Origin: an uncultured Acidobacteriota bacterium | Lineage (GTDB): Bacteria; Acidobacteriota; Polarisedimenticolia; J045 | DNA: 64,000 nt | Direction: 5' to 3' | NCBI GenBank assembly: GCA_963702425.1 | Contig: CAVPCQ010000037.1 | Span: forward strand, 96,001-160,000 | In this document: positions 41,272 to 50,521 of the stretch, one piece after another | Layout: every line of letters starts with the position of its first letter | How positions within the stretch are numbered: the first letter of the stretch is position 1 | The notes under the pieces: model-generated | Told to the model about the DNA's origin: nothing | Database searches by the model: none | Seen by the model: the letters and a program-made list of their open reading frames with translations, nothing else | Made by a program: the position numbers and the translations under genes

Positions 41272-42489
41272 GTGCACATCAACGATCTCTTGAAGGCCGC
41301 GTCCGACAAGGGCGCTTCCGACCTCCACCTGAAGGTCGGCTCGTACCCGATCATCCGCGTCGACGGCCACCTGCTGGCGATGACCGAGCACCCGCGGCTG
41401 ATGCAGGAGGACGCGGTGGCGATGGCGTTCTCGATCATGAGCGCGCGCCAGAAGCAGAAGTTCAAGGAGAACCTCGAGATCGACATGGCCTACTCGGTTC
41501 CGGGGCTCGGCCGCTTCCGTGTCAACTGCTTCCAGCAGCGCGGCGCGGTCGGCATGGTCTTCCGCGTGGTCCCGGTGAAGATCCCGACCGTGCGCGAGCT
41601 GACGCTGCCGACGGTGCTCGAGCAGATCGCGTCGGAGGCCCGCGGGCTGATCCTCGTGACCGGGACGACCGGCTCCGGAAAGTCGACGACGCTCGCCGCG
41701 ATGATCGACTACATCAACGCGACGCGCTGCGAGCACATCATGACGATCGAGGACCCGATCGAGTTCCTGCACCGCGACAAGAAGTCGCTGATCAATCAGC
41801 GCGAGGTGGAGGTCGACACGAAGTCGTTCGCCGATGCGCTGCGCTCCGCGCTGCGGCAGGACCCGGACGTGATCCTGGTCGGCGAAATGCGCGACTACGA
41901 GACGATCGAGACGGCGCTGCTCGCGGCCGAGACCGGCCACCTGGTGCTCTCCACGCTGCACACCCTCGACGCCACCGAGACGATCAACCGGATCATCTCC
42001 GTCTTCCCGCCGCACCAGCAGAAGCAGATCCGGCTGCAGCTGGCGGCGGTCTTCCGCGCCTGCATCTCGATGCGGCTCGTGACCCGCGCCGACGGCCAGG
42101 GCCGCGCCCCGGCGGTCGAAGTGCTCCGCGTGACGCCGTACATCCGCGAGTGCGTCGAGAACAAGGACAAGACGAAGATGATCCGCGACGCGATCGCGCA
42201 GGGAACCTCGCAGTACGGGATGCAGACCTTCGACCAGTCGCTGCACCAGCTCTGGCAGGCCAAGGTCATCACCAAGGACGAGGCGCTCCTCCGGGCCACC
42301 AACCGCGACGAGCTGCGGCTGCGGATGGAGGGGATCGAGTCGACGTCCCAGTCGACCCAGGCGGCGATGCAGGAGGCGCTGGTCGGTGCGCCCGCTCCTG
42401 CCGGCGATGCCGGATCGTCCGGGCCGGCGCCCCGGCTGAACCGTTCCTCGCGCGAGGACGACTTCCCGCCGCTGCCGCGCACGCGCTAG
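41272..42489 (+). CDS. pilT: Type IV pilus retraction ATPase PilT/PilU
   Basis: ASDLHL, GTTGSGKST, TIEDPIE, LRQDPD, GMQTFDQ. Confidence 0.93.
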   Translation: MHINDLLKAASDKGASDLHLKVGSYPIIRVDGHLLAMTEHPRLMQEDAVAMAFSIMSARQKQKFKENLEIDMAYSVPGLGRFRVNCFQQRGAVGMVFRVVPVKIPTVRELTLPTVLEQIASEARGLILVTGTTGSGKSTTLAAMIDYINATRCEHIMTIEDPIEFLHRDKKSLINQREVEVDTKSFADALRSALRQDPDVILVGEMRDYETIETALLAAETGHLVLSTLHTLDATETINRIISVFPPHQQKQIRLQLAAVFRACISMRLVTRADGQGRAPAVEVLRVTPYIRECVENKDKTKMIRDAIAQGTSQYGMQTFDQSLHQLWQAKVITKDEALLRATNRDELRLRMEGIESTSQSTQAAMQEALVGAPAPAGDAGSSGPAPRLNRSSREDDFPPLPRTR

Positions 42490-42556
42490 ACCGCGCACCG
42501 CGCGGGGCCGCGATCCGCCGCCGGTCCGGGCCGCGGGGCGCGTGTATCCTCAGCGG

Positions 42557-43153
42557 ATGTCCCGCTCGAACAAGCCGGCCTTCGACCGCGCCGTGGCGGC
42601 GCTCGCGCACCGGGCGCTGAGCCTCGACGAGCTGCGCCAACGCCTGGCGCGGGCCGGCCACCCGCGCGAAGAGATCGACGCCGCACTGAACCGCCTGGCG
42701 GAACTGCAGCTCGTGGACGACCGGGCGGTTGCCTATGATCACGCCCGCTCGCGCGCCGCCGCCGGACGAAAGGGCCCGGCGCGCGTGCGGGCCGAGCTCG
42801 CAGCGCGCGGGATCCGGGGCGCCGACGCCGAGGGGGCGGTCGCCGCGGCGTTCGGCGAGGAGGGAGTTGCCGCCGCCGCCGCGCAGGCGTTCGCACGCTT
42901 CTCGCGCGGGATGCCGCGGCCGCTCGCGGCACCGGAACGCGCCCGGGTCGCGGCCCGCCTCGCGCGGGCCGGCTTCCCGGCGGCGATCATCCGGTCGCTC
43001 CTGGCATCGGACGGTGCCGGCGCCGCTGCCGCTGCCGCCGACGACGGCGCCGAGCACGGCGGCGACCCCGCGGTCGACGAACTGCTCCTCGACGGCTTCG
43101 ACGAGGAGTCGGGCGAGGATGAACCGGGCGTCCTGCGCGACGCCGAGGACTGA
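42557..43153 (+). CDS. recX: Regulatory protein RecX
   Basis: ELRQRL, LVDDRA, KGPARVRAELAARGI, LARAGF; upstream of alaS. Confidence 0.8.
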   Translation: MSRSNKPAFDRAVAALAHRALSLDELRQRLARAGHPREEIDAALNRLAELQLVDDRAVAYDHARSRAAAGRKGPARVRAELAARGIRGADAEGAVAAAFGEEGVAAAAAQAFARFSRGMPRPLAAPERARVAARLARAGFPAAIIRSLLASDGAGAAAAAADDGAEHGGDPAVDELLLDGFDEESGEDEPGVLRDAED

Positions 43154-43158
43154 CCACC

Positions 43159-45810
43159 ATGCATTCCCGTGACGTGCGCCGGACGTTCCTCGATTTCTTT
43201 GCCCGGCAGGGCCACCAGGTCGTGCCCTCCTCGCCGCTCGTGCTCCCGACGGACCCGTCGCTGCTCTTCGCGAACGCCGGGATGAACCAGTTCAAGGAGG
43301 TCTTCCGCGGGCACGACCACCGCCCCTACCGCCGCGCGGCCTCGTCGCAGAAATGCCTGCGCGTCTCCGGCAAGCACAACGACCTCGAGGAGGTGGGCCG
43401 CACCCCGCGGCACCACACCTTCTTCGAGATGCTCGGGAACTTCTCCTTCGGCGACTACTTCAAGCGCGAGGCGATCGCCTGGGGCTGGCAGCTGATGACG
43501 GAGGTCTACGGCCTGCCCGCCGAGCGCCTCCACGCGACGGTCTTCGCCGGCGACGACGATTTTCCCGGGGACGAGGAGGCGGCGCGCTTCTGGGAGAGCG
43601 AGGCCGGTGTCCCGGCGTCCCGGGTCACGGCCATGGGGCGCAAGGACAACTTCTGGCAGATGGGGGACACCGGTCCCGCCGGGCCGTGCAGCGAGATTCA
43701 CATCGACCTCCGCCCGCACGACCCGGTGCCGGCCACGCCGGCGACCGATCCCGAGCGCTTCATGGAGCTCTGGAACCTGGTCTTCATGCAGTTCGACCTG
43801 CAGCCGGGCGGGAAGGTCGGGACACTCCCCGCCCCGTCGGTCGACACCGGCGCGGGGCTCGAGCGCGTGACGGCGGTGCTGCAGGGGGTCTCTTCGAACT
43901 ACGACACCGACCTGTTCCAGCCGATCATCCGGAGCGTGGCGGCGGAGGCCGGGGTCGAGTACGGCGCCGGCGGCGACGCGGACGTCTCGCTGCGCGTGAT
44001 CGCCGACCACCTGCGCGCGATCGCCTTCCTCGTTGCCGAGGGGATCATCCCCGGCCCGGAGAAGCGCGGTGCGGTGCTGCGCCGGATCATGCGCCGCGCG
44101 CTGCGCCACGGGCGGCTGCTCGGAGCGCCATCGCCCTTCCTGGCGCCGCACCTCGAGGATGTGGCCGCCGTGCTGGGCGACCAGTACCCCGAGTTGCGGG
44201 AGCACATGGGGACGATGCAGAAGGTCGTACGCCGCGAGGAGCAGCGGTTCGAGCGCACGCTGGCCGACGGCTTCGCGCTGCTCGACGGGCGGATCGACGC
44301 CGTGCTGCGGGAGAGCGGCCGGCGTTTCCCCGGCGACGAGGCGTTCCAGCTCGAGAGCGAGCGCGGGCTGCCGATGGACCTCGTGCGCGATGCGCTGGAG
44401 GAACGCGGGCTCGTGCTGGACGAGGCGGCCTACGAGGCGGCCCGGGCCCGCCACGTCGCGACCTCCCGCGTGCTCAAGGCGGACGACGGGGATCGCGTCG
44501 AGCTCGAGGTCCTGGCCCCGTGGCGCGGGCAGGGCTCGCGCTTCGTCGGGCGCGAGACGCTGCGGGTCGACGCCGCGCGCGTCGTCGGGCTGCTGAAGGA
44601 CGGGCGGCCGGTCGATCGGCTCGCCGTCGGCGAGACGGGCGACGCGATCTTCGACGAGTCGCCCTTCTACCCCGAGGCCGGCGGCCAGGTGGGCGATCAC
44701 GGCCTGCTCGTGGGCGGCGAGGCCCGGGCACGCGTGACCGGCGCCCACGCGCCGATCAGCGGCGTCACGCTGCACCGGGTGGACGTGGGGGAGGGGACGC
44801 TCGTCCCGGGTGCCGTCGTGGTGCTGGAGGTCGACGCCGCCCGGCGGCGCGCGATCATGCGCCACCACACCGCCACGCACCTGCTGCACGCCGCGTTGCG
44901 GCGGCAGCTCGGGACACACGTCCGGCAGGCCGGCTCGCTCGTCGAGCCGGAGCGGCTGCGCTTCGACTTCGCCCACTACGAGCCGGTGGAGCCCGAGGTG
45001 CTGCGCGACATCGAGGCCGAGATCAACGAGGCGGTGCTGGCCGACACCCCGGTCGAAACGGTCGAGATGCCGATCGACGAGGCCCTGGCGAGCGGCGCGA
45101 TGGCCTTCTTCGGCGATCGCTACGGCGACCGGGTGCGCGTCGTCCGGATCGGGGAGGTCAGCCTCGAGCTGTGCGGCGGGACCCACGTCCTGCGGACCGG
45201 CGAGATCGGGACCACGGTGCTGGGGAGCGAGCGCGGCGTGGCGGCCGGGGTGCGGCGGATCGAAGCGCTCTCCGGGATGGCGGCGCTGGCCCGGGCGCGC
45301 GAGGAGTTCGACCGCACGCGGGACATGGCGCAGGCGATGGGAGTCGCCTCGGACGCGATCGCCGAGGAACTCGGGCGCCGGCTCGAGGCCCTGCGTCGGC
45401 TGCGGCGCGAAAACGAGGACCTGCGGCTCGAGCTGGCCCACGGCGGAGCGGCGACCGACGCGCCGCCGGAGGAGGTCGACGGCCTCCAGGTCATCGCGCG
45501 CCGGGCCGACGGCCTGGCCAAGGGTCAGCGGCGCGACCTGCTCGATACGCTGCGCCAGCAGAACCCGCGGGCGGTCGTGGTGCTGGCCGCCGCCGACGAG
45601 GGGAAGGTCGCCCTGCTCGTCGGCACCGGGCGCGAGGTCGGGGATGCGGTCGATGCGCGGCTGGTCGTGAAGGCGCTGGCTGCGATCGCCGGCGGAGCGG
45701 GCGGCGGCGGCCGCCCCGACCTGGCCGAGGCTGGAGGTCGCAACCCGGAGTCGCTGCCCGAGGTGCTCGCGCGAGCGGCCGAGGCGGTGCGGGGGGCTCG
45801 CCACGGCTGA
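43159..45810 (+). CDS. alaS: Alanine--tRNA ligase
   Basis: LLFANAGMNQFK, HHTFFEMLGNFSFGDYFK, HTATHLLH, ELCGGTH. Confidence 0.98.
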   Translation: MHSRDVRRTFLDFFARQGHQVVPSSPLVLPTDPSLLFANAGMNQFKEVFRGHDHRPYRRAASSQKCLRVSGKHNDLEEVGRTPRHHTFFEMLGNFSFGDYFKREAIAWGWQLMTEVYGLPAERLHATVFAGDDDFPGDEEAARFWESEAGVPASRVTAMGRKDNFWQMGDTGPAGPCSEIHIDLRPHDPVPATPATDPERFMELWNLVFMQFDLQPGGKVGTLPAPSVDTGAGLERVTAVLQGVSSNYDTDLFQPIIRSVAAEAGVEYGAGGDADVSLRVIADHLRAIAFLVAEGIIPGPEKRGAVLRRIMRRALRHGRLLGAPSPFLAPHLEDVAAVLGDQYPELREHMGTMQKVVRREEQRFERTLADGFALLDGRIDAVLRESGRRFPGDEAFQLESERGLPMDLVRDALEERGLVLDEAAYEAARARHVATSRVLKADDGDRVELEVLAPWRGQGSRFVGRETLRVDAARVVGLLKDGRPVDRLAVGETGDAIFDESPFYPEAGGQVGDHGLLVGGEARARVTGAHAPISGVTLHRVDVGEGTLVPGAVVVLEVDAARRRAIMRHHTATHLLHAALRRQLGTHVRQAGSLVEPERLRFDFAHYEPVEPEVLRDIEAEINEAVLADTPVETVEMPIDEALASGAMAFFGDRYGDRVRVVRIGEVSLELCGGTHVLRTGEIGTTVLGSERGVAAGVRRIEALSGMAALARAREEFDRTRDMAQAMGVASDAIAEELGRRLEALRRLRRENEDLRLELAHGGAATDAPPEEVDGLQVIARRADGLAKGQRRDLLDTLRQQNPRAVVVLAAADEGKVALLVGTGREVGDAVDARLVVKALAAIAGGAGGGGRPDLAEAGGRNPESLPEVLARAAEAVRGARHG

Positions 45811-45876
45811 GCGCCCCCGGCCGAGCGCTGCGACCGGACGGCCTGCCGTCTCGGAACCTACATTCGATCCCGGGAC

Positions 45877-46473
45877 ATGGGACTCCGGGACTCTGCAAGG
45901 CTCCGCGCCGTTCGGCGCGTGTCGGCGGCGTTCGCCGCGGCCTGTGGCGTGCTGTTCGTCTTCGCCACGGCGTTCGCGTCTCCCGCCGCTACGCGGTCGG
46001 CGGCGATCGGAAAGCCCTACCAGCTGCTCATCGAACGGACCGCCGAGCGCCACCAACTCGATCCGCTGCTGCTGGCGGCGCTGGTCGAGGTCGAGTCGGG
46101 GCGCGACGCGGAAGCCGTCTCGCCCAAGGGGGCGCGCGGACTGGGCCAGCTGATGCCGGCCACGGCCCGCCGCTTCGACGTCGGCGACGTTCACGATCCG
46201 GCGGAGAACCTCGACGGCGCGGCGCGCTATCTGGCCTGGTTGATCGAGCGCTATCAGGGCGATCTGACCCTCGCGCTCGCCGCGTACAACGCAGGGGAGG
46301 GTGCGGTCGACCGGCACCTCGGCGTCCCCCCTTACCCCGAGACGAAGGCGTACGTGCGGAAGGTGCTCGTCCGGGCCGGCCTCCGGGAGGGGGCGACGCG
46401 GCGCAGGGGTCCCGACCCGGTGCGGCTCTTTCGGCAGCCCGACGGGACCGTCCTCATCTCCAACCTCAAGTAG
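45877..46473 (+). CDS. Lytic transglycosylase (SLT)
   Basis: VES, AVSPKGARGLGQLMP, ALAAYNAG, PPYPET..YV. Confidence 0.92.
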   Translation: MGLRDSARLRAVRRVSAAFAAACGVLFVFATAFASPAATRSAAIGKPYQLLIERTAERHQLDPLLLAALVEVESGRDAEAVSPKGARGLGQLMPATARRFDVGDVHDPAENLDGAARYLAWLIERYQGDLTLALAAYNAGEGAVDRHLGVPPYPETKAYVRKVLVRAGLREGATRRRGPDPVRLFRQPDGTVLISNLK

Positions 46474-46581
46474 GCGCGGAGCCCGACCGGAGCCCCGACA
46501 GCCCGCATGACGCTCCTGTAAGTCCAGCCGCCCGCGCACCCCCGCAGTCCGCCGTCTCCGGCCTGGCACAAGGAGTTTTCC

Positions 46582-46609
46582 TTGCCGCCCCGCGCCGCCA
46601 GCGTACTTT
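46582..46609 (+). promoter_or_regulatory. Putative sigma70 promoter of lipoprotein pair 1
   Basis: TTGCCG-N16-TACTTT; same architecture as 48632-48659. Confidence 0.5.
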
Positions 46610-46774
46610 TCCGGCCGGACCGGGGGGGACCGCAAGGTCCCCTCTAGGCGTTTTCTCTCAGTCCGGAAAGGGGGTCGGTCGTCGGTCGGAGCGCGTGTCA
46701 TGAACCAGGAGAAAAACCGAGAGAGCTGATAGAGGAGTTCAGATCAGGAACCCAAGGGAAAAGGAGTCGAGTTC

Positions 46775-47614
46775 ATGAAGAAGCTTCTCTTCATCGCGCT
46801 ACTGGCGGCATTCTCGCTGGGCTGCGCGATCACCAACTACCCGGTGATCACGGATAGCAGCGGCGCCGTCGACAACGGGGTGATGACCGGCCAGTACGAT
46901 CTGGCCTACATCATTCCGACCAGCCAGATCGCGACGATCTGGGACGACGGCACCGACGAGCTGTTCACCCTCGTGTCCCAGGACTGGAAGGGTGACCAGT
47001 GGCTGAAGACCTACAACAACTACGATTCGACGGGTGCCGTCGTCTTCCTCGACCAGACCTACTGCGATCCGACGTTCGACAGCAGCTACTGTGCGATCGC
47101 CACGGCCTGGAACCCGGACCTCCCGGACGCCTACGTCCACGGCGATCAGGGCGCCGGATACAACAATCTCGACAATCCGTTCGACTACACCGCTGACCTC
47201 AGCTGCAACGGCGCCCGCTCGCTGTCGGTGCTCGTCTCCTACACGAGCCGGATCGGCGAGTGCGGCAGCGGCGTCTGGGCCGACAAGCAGGGCGCTGCCT
47301 ACGAGTTCAGCATCCTGGGGCGGACCAACTTCCGCGGCCGGAGCCTGTACCATATCCCGCTGGACAACACCGTGGCCTCGTTCTCGGTCAACGGCACGGA
47401 GATGCCGGTCTACGGCCGGTTCAACCTCTACGTCGACGATTACATGCGCACGGTGATCCCGGTGACCCCCAACGCCCGGTACCAGCTCAACGCGCTGGAC
47501 CGTGCGGTGCGGCGGGACGGCCACTTCCTCGACGTGGACATGACGTACGGCTCGCTGACCGCGAATTTCAAGATCTATGTCAGCACCGTCCAGAACGCGC
47601 TCGACCGGCTCTGA
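46775..47614 (+). CDS. Uncharacterised lipoprotein, type A copy 1
   Basis: AAGGAG RBS, lipobox SLGC, FLDQTYCD motif; paralog of next three genes. Confidence 0.88.
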   Translation: MKKLLFIALLAAFSLGCAITNYPVITDSSGAVDNGVMTGQYDLAYIIPTSQIATIWDDGTDELFTLVSQDWKGDQWLKTYNNYDSTGAVVFLDQTYCDPTFDSSYCAIATAWNPDLPDAYVHGDQGAGYNNLDNPFDYTADLSCNGARSLSVLVSYTSRIGECGSGVWADKQGAAYEFSILGRTNFRGRSLYHIPLDNTVASFSVNGTEMPVYGRFNLYVDDYMRTVIPVTPNARYQLNALDRAVRRDGHFLDVDMTYGSLTANFKIYVSTVQNALDRL

Positions 47615-47632
47615 GCGGGAAAAGGAGAACTG

Positions 47633-48433
47633 ATGAAAAAGCTCCTGCTCAGCGCCCTCGTACTCGCCCTCGCAGCCGCCGGCTGCGCGGTGACCGACTA
47701 CCCCGTCATCACCGATGACCGGGGCAGCTACAGCGGCATCATCCGGACCGGCCACAAGGCCTACGTCGTGCCGACCTCGCAGATCGCGACGATCTGGGAC
47801 GACGGTTCGGACGAGCTCTTCTCGATGGTCTACCAGAACCAGTACGGAGACCAGAAGCTCTACACCTTCAACAACTTCGATCCGACGGCGTCGGTCCTGT
47901 TCCTGGACCAGACCTACTGCGACTGGCGCTACGATGATTGCGAAATCGTCCGCGCGTGGAATCCGGCCAACTCCAACATCGACAACCCGTTCGACTACGA
48001 GTTCTTCCCGGACTGCTCCGGGGCGCGCTCGCTGTCGCTGCTGATCAGCCAGAGCAGCCGTCTCGCCGAGTGCGGCGACAAGCTCCCGATGGCCGACAAG
48101 CAGGGCGTCATGGCCGAGTTCGCCAACCTCGCGACCACCACGTGGCGCGGCGGGGTGGCCTACGTGCTGCCGATCAACGCCGAGAACACCTCGGTCAGCC
48201 TGAACGGGGTGAGCATGCCGCTCTACGGGCAGTTCACGACGATCGTCACCGGCAGGATGGACCTGGTCGTTCCGGCCACCCCGAACCTCCGCCACGAGCT
48301 GCGCTGGCTGGCGGATTACGTCGCGAAGAACGGCAACCAGGCGAGCGTGTCGCTGACTTACGGTTCGGTCAGCGCCAACCTCGACATGGCGTTCTCCGCG
48401 AGCGGGATCAACTACAACCTCAATCGCTTCTGA
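47633..48433 (+). CDS. Uncharacterised lipoprotein, type B copy 1
   Basis: AAGGAG RBS, lipobox AAGC, FLDQTYCD motif. Confidence 0.88.
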   Translation: MKKLLLSALVLALAAAGCAVTDYPVITDDRGSYSGIIRTGHKAYVVPTSQIATIWDDGSDELFSMVYQNQYGDQKLYTFNNFDPTASVLFLDQTYCDWRYDDCEIVRAWNPANSNIDNPFDYEFFPDCSGARSLSLLISQSSRLAECGDKLPMADKQGVMAEFANLATTTWRGGVAYVLPINAENTSVSLNGVSMPLYGQFTTIVTGRMDLVVPATPNLRHELRWLADYVAKNGNQASVSLTYGSVSANLDMAFSASGINYNLNRF

Positions 48434-48457
48434 CCCTGTCCGACGCGCCGATCGACG

Positions 48458-48492
48458 GGGGCGGCTCCGCGAGGAGCCGCCCCTTTTTCTTT
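48458..48492 (+). terminator. Rho-independent terminator
   Basis: GGGGCGGCTCC-GCGA-GGAGCCGCCCC followed by T-tract. Confidence 0.88.
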
Positions 48493-48631
48493 GGTCCGAG
48501 GCCGTTCCGGCAGAACCGGGACCGGGCTGGACCACCGTTGGGGCCCGAAAACTAACTAACAGTTACCGATTGAGAAGTAAACGCGATGGCCGTCCGGGTG
48601 AAACCCCGCGAGTGGCGCGGGAAAAAACTGC

Positions 48632-48659
48632 TTGCCGAGCCCCCGGGTCGGCGTAGATT
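48632..48659 (+). promoter_or_regulatory. Putative sigma70 promoter of lipoprotein pair 2
   Basis: TTGCCG-N16-TAGATT. Confidence 0.5.
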
Positions 48660-48800
48660 CCGCTCGGTTCAGTTGATCGAGTCGCAATCCAGGGAGACGC
48701 ATACTGGAGAAAGGGGGTAGTTAGTCGGGTTGAGCGCGCACGTTGAACTGGTAGAGAGACGGAAACCAAGTCAGGTAACCAAGGGAAAAGGAGTCAATCC

Positions 48801-49637
48801 ATGAAGAAGCTTCTCTTGATCGCCCTGCTCGCGGCTTTCTCGCTGGGCTGCGCGATCACGAACTATCCGGTGATCTTCGACAGCCGGGGCGCCGATGACG
48901 GCGGGGTGATGACCGGTCAGTACGATCTCGCTTACATCAGCACCTCCCAGATCGCGACGATTTGGGATGACGGCACGGACGAGCTGTTCACCCTCGTGTC
49001 GCAGGACTGGAAGGGCGACCAGTGGCTGAAGACCTATAACAACTACGATCCGACGGGCGCGGTCACCTTCCTCGACCAGACCTACTGCGATCCGACGTTC
49101 GACAGCAGCTACTGCGCGATCGTCACCGCCTGGAATCCGGACCTTCCGGAGGCCTACGTGCACGGCGACCAGGGTGCTGGCTACAACAACATCGACAACG
49201 TCTTTGACTATACGTTCGACACGAGCTGCAACGGCGCCCGCTCGCTCTCCCTGCTGGTCTCCTACACCACCCGCTACGGCGAGTGCGGCAGCAGCGTCTG
49301 GGCCGACCGGCAGGGTGCGGCCTACGAGTTCAGCCTGCTCGACAAGGTCAACTTCCGCGGCAAGAGCGTTTACCACATCCCGGTCGACAGCACCGTGGCT
49401 TCCTTCACGGTCAACGGGACCGAGATGCCGATCTACGGCCGGTTCAACATGTACATGAACGACAAGCTCCAGGTCGCCATGCCCATGACCCCGAATGCTC
49501 GCTACCAGCTCAACGCGATCAACCGGATCATCGAGCGCGACGGCCACTTCATGGACGTGAACATGACCTACGGCTCGCTGAATGCGAACTTCAAGGTCAA
49601 CGTGACCACCGTCCAGAATGCGCTCGACCGGCTGTGA
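48801..49637 (+). CDS. Uncharacterised lipoprotein, type A copy 2
   Basis: Close paralog of 46775-47614. Confidence 0.88.
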   Translation: MKKLLLIALLAAFSLGCAITNYPVIFDSRGADDGGVMTGQYDLAYISTSQIATIWDDGTDELFTLVSQDWKGDQWLKTYNNYDPTGAVTFLDQTYCDPTFDSSYCAIVTAWNPDLPEAYVHGDQGAGYNNIDNVFDYTFDTSCNGARSLSLLVSYTTRYGECGSSVWADRQGAAYEFSLLDKVNFRGKSVYHIPVDSTVASFTVNGTEMPIYGRFNMYMNDKLQVAMPMTPNARYQLNAINRIIERDGHFMDVNMTYGSLNANFKVNVTTVQNALDRL

Positions 49638-49674
49638 TAGACGGAACCTTGAGCAGGATAAAAGGAGCGAGACC

Positions 49675-50466
49675 ATGAAGAAGCTGATTCTTTGCGCGGT
49701 CGTCCTCGCGTTCTTGGCGGCGGGCTGCGCGGTCACTGATTACCCGATCATCACCGATGACCGGGGCAGCTACAGCGGCATCATCCGCACGGGCCACAAG
49801 GCCTGGATCCAGATCTCTCAGATTGGAACGATCTGGGACGACGGAACGGACGAGATCTTCAACATGGTTTACCAGAATCAGTATGGTGACCAGAAGCTCT
49901 ACTCGTTCAACAATTTCGATCCGACCGGGTCGGTGATCTTCCTCGACCAGACCTACTGCGACTGGCGCTACGAGGGCTGCGAGATCACCCGTTCCTGGAA
50001 CCCCGCGAACCCCAACGTCGACGTCATCTTCGACTACGAGTTCTTCCCGGATTGCTCCGGTGCCCGTTCGCTCTCCCTCCTGGTCTCCTACACGACCCGG
50101 TACGGCGAGTGTGGTGACAAGTGGTCCAACATCCAGGACAAGGCCGCCGAGTTCGCCAACCTCGCCACGACCACCTGGCGCGGTGGCACGGCCTACGTGA
50201 TCCCGATCAACGCCGAGACCACGTCGGTGTCGCTGAATGGCGTGACCATGCCGATCTACGGCCAGTTCACCGCCTTCATCACCGACAAGAACAACACCGT
50301 CTTCCCGATGACTCCGAATGCCCGTCACGAGATCGCCTGGCTGAGCAACTACGTTGCCGAGAACGGCAATCAGGCCAACGCGACGATCACCTTCGGATCG
50401 GTCAGCGCCAACTTCAACATGGCGTTCGCGACGGACGGTCTCACCAACAACCTGAACCGGTTCTGA
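49675..50466 (+). CDS. Uncharacterised lipoprotein, type B copy 2
   Basis: Close paralog of 47633-48433; AAGGAG RBS before ATG 49675. Confidence 0.88.
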   Translation: MKKLILCAVVLAFLAAGCAVTDYPIITDDRGSYSGIIRTGHKAWIQISQIGTIWDDGTDEIFNMVYQNQYGDQKLYSFNNFDPTGSVIFLDQTYCDWRYEGCEITRSWNPANPNVDVIFDYEFFPDCSGARSLSLLVSYTTRYGECGDKWSNIQDKAAEFANLATTTWRGGTAYVIPINAETTSVSLNGVTMPIYGQFTAFITDKNNTVFPMTPNARHEIAWLSNYVAENGNQANATITFGSVSANFNMAFATDGLTNNLNRF

Positions 50467-50492
50467 TCTAGCACCGCGCGCTCAAACTGACG

Positions 50493-50521
50493 GGGGCGGC
50501 CCTTCGGGGCCGCCCCTTTTT
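50493..50521 (+). terminator. Rho-independent terminator
   Basis: GGGGCGGCCC-TTCG-GGGCCGCCCC followed by TTTTT. Confidence 0.88.

Noticed and set aside
46564-46590. Sigma54 promoter (TGGCAC) upstream of the lipoprotein operon
   Set aside because: No TTGC at the required -12 spacing (TGGCAC-N5-TTGC).
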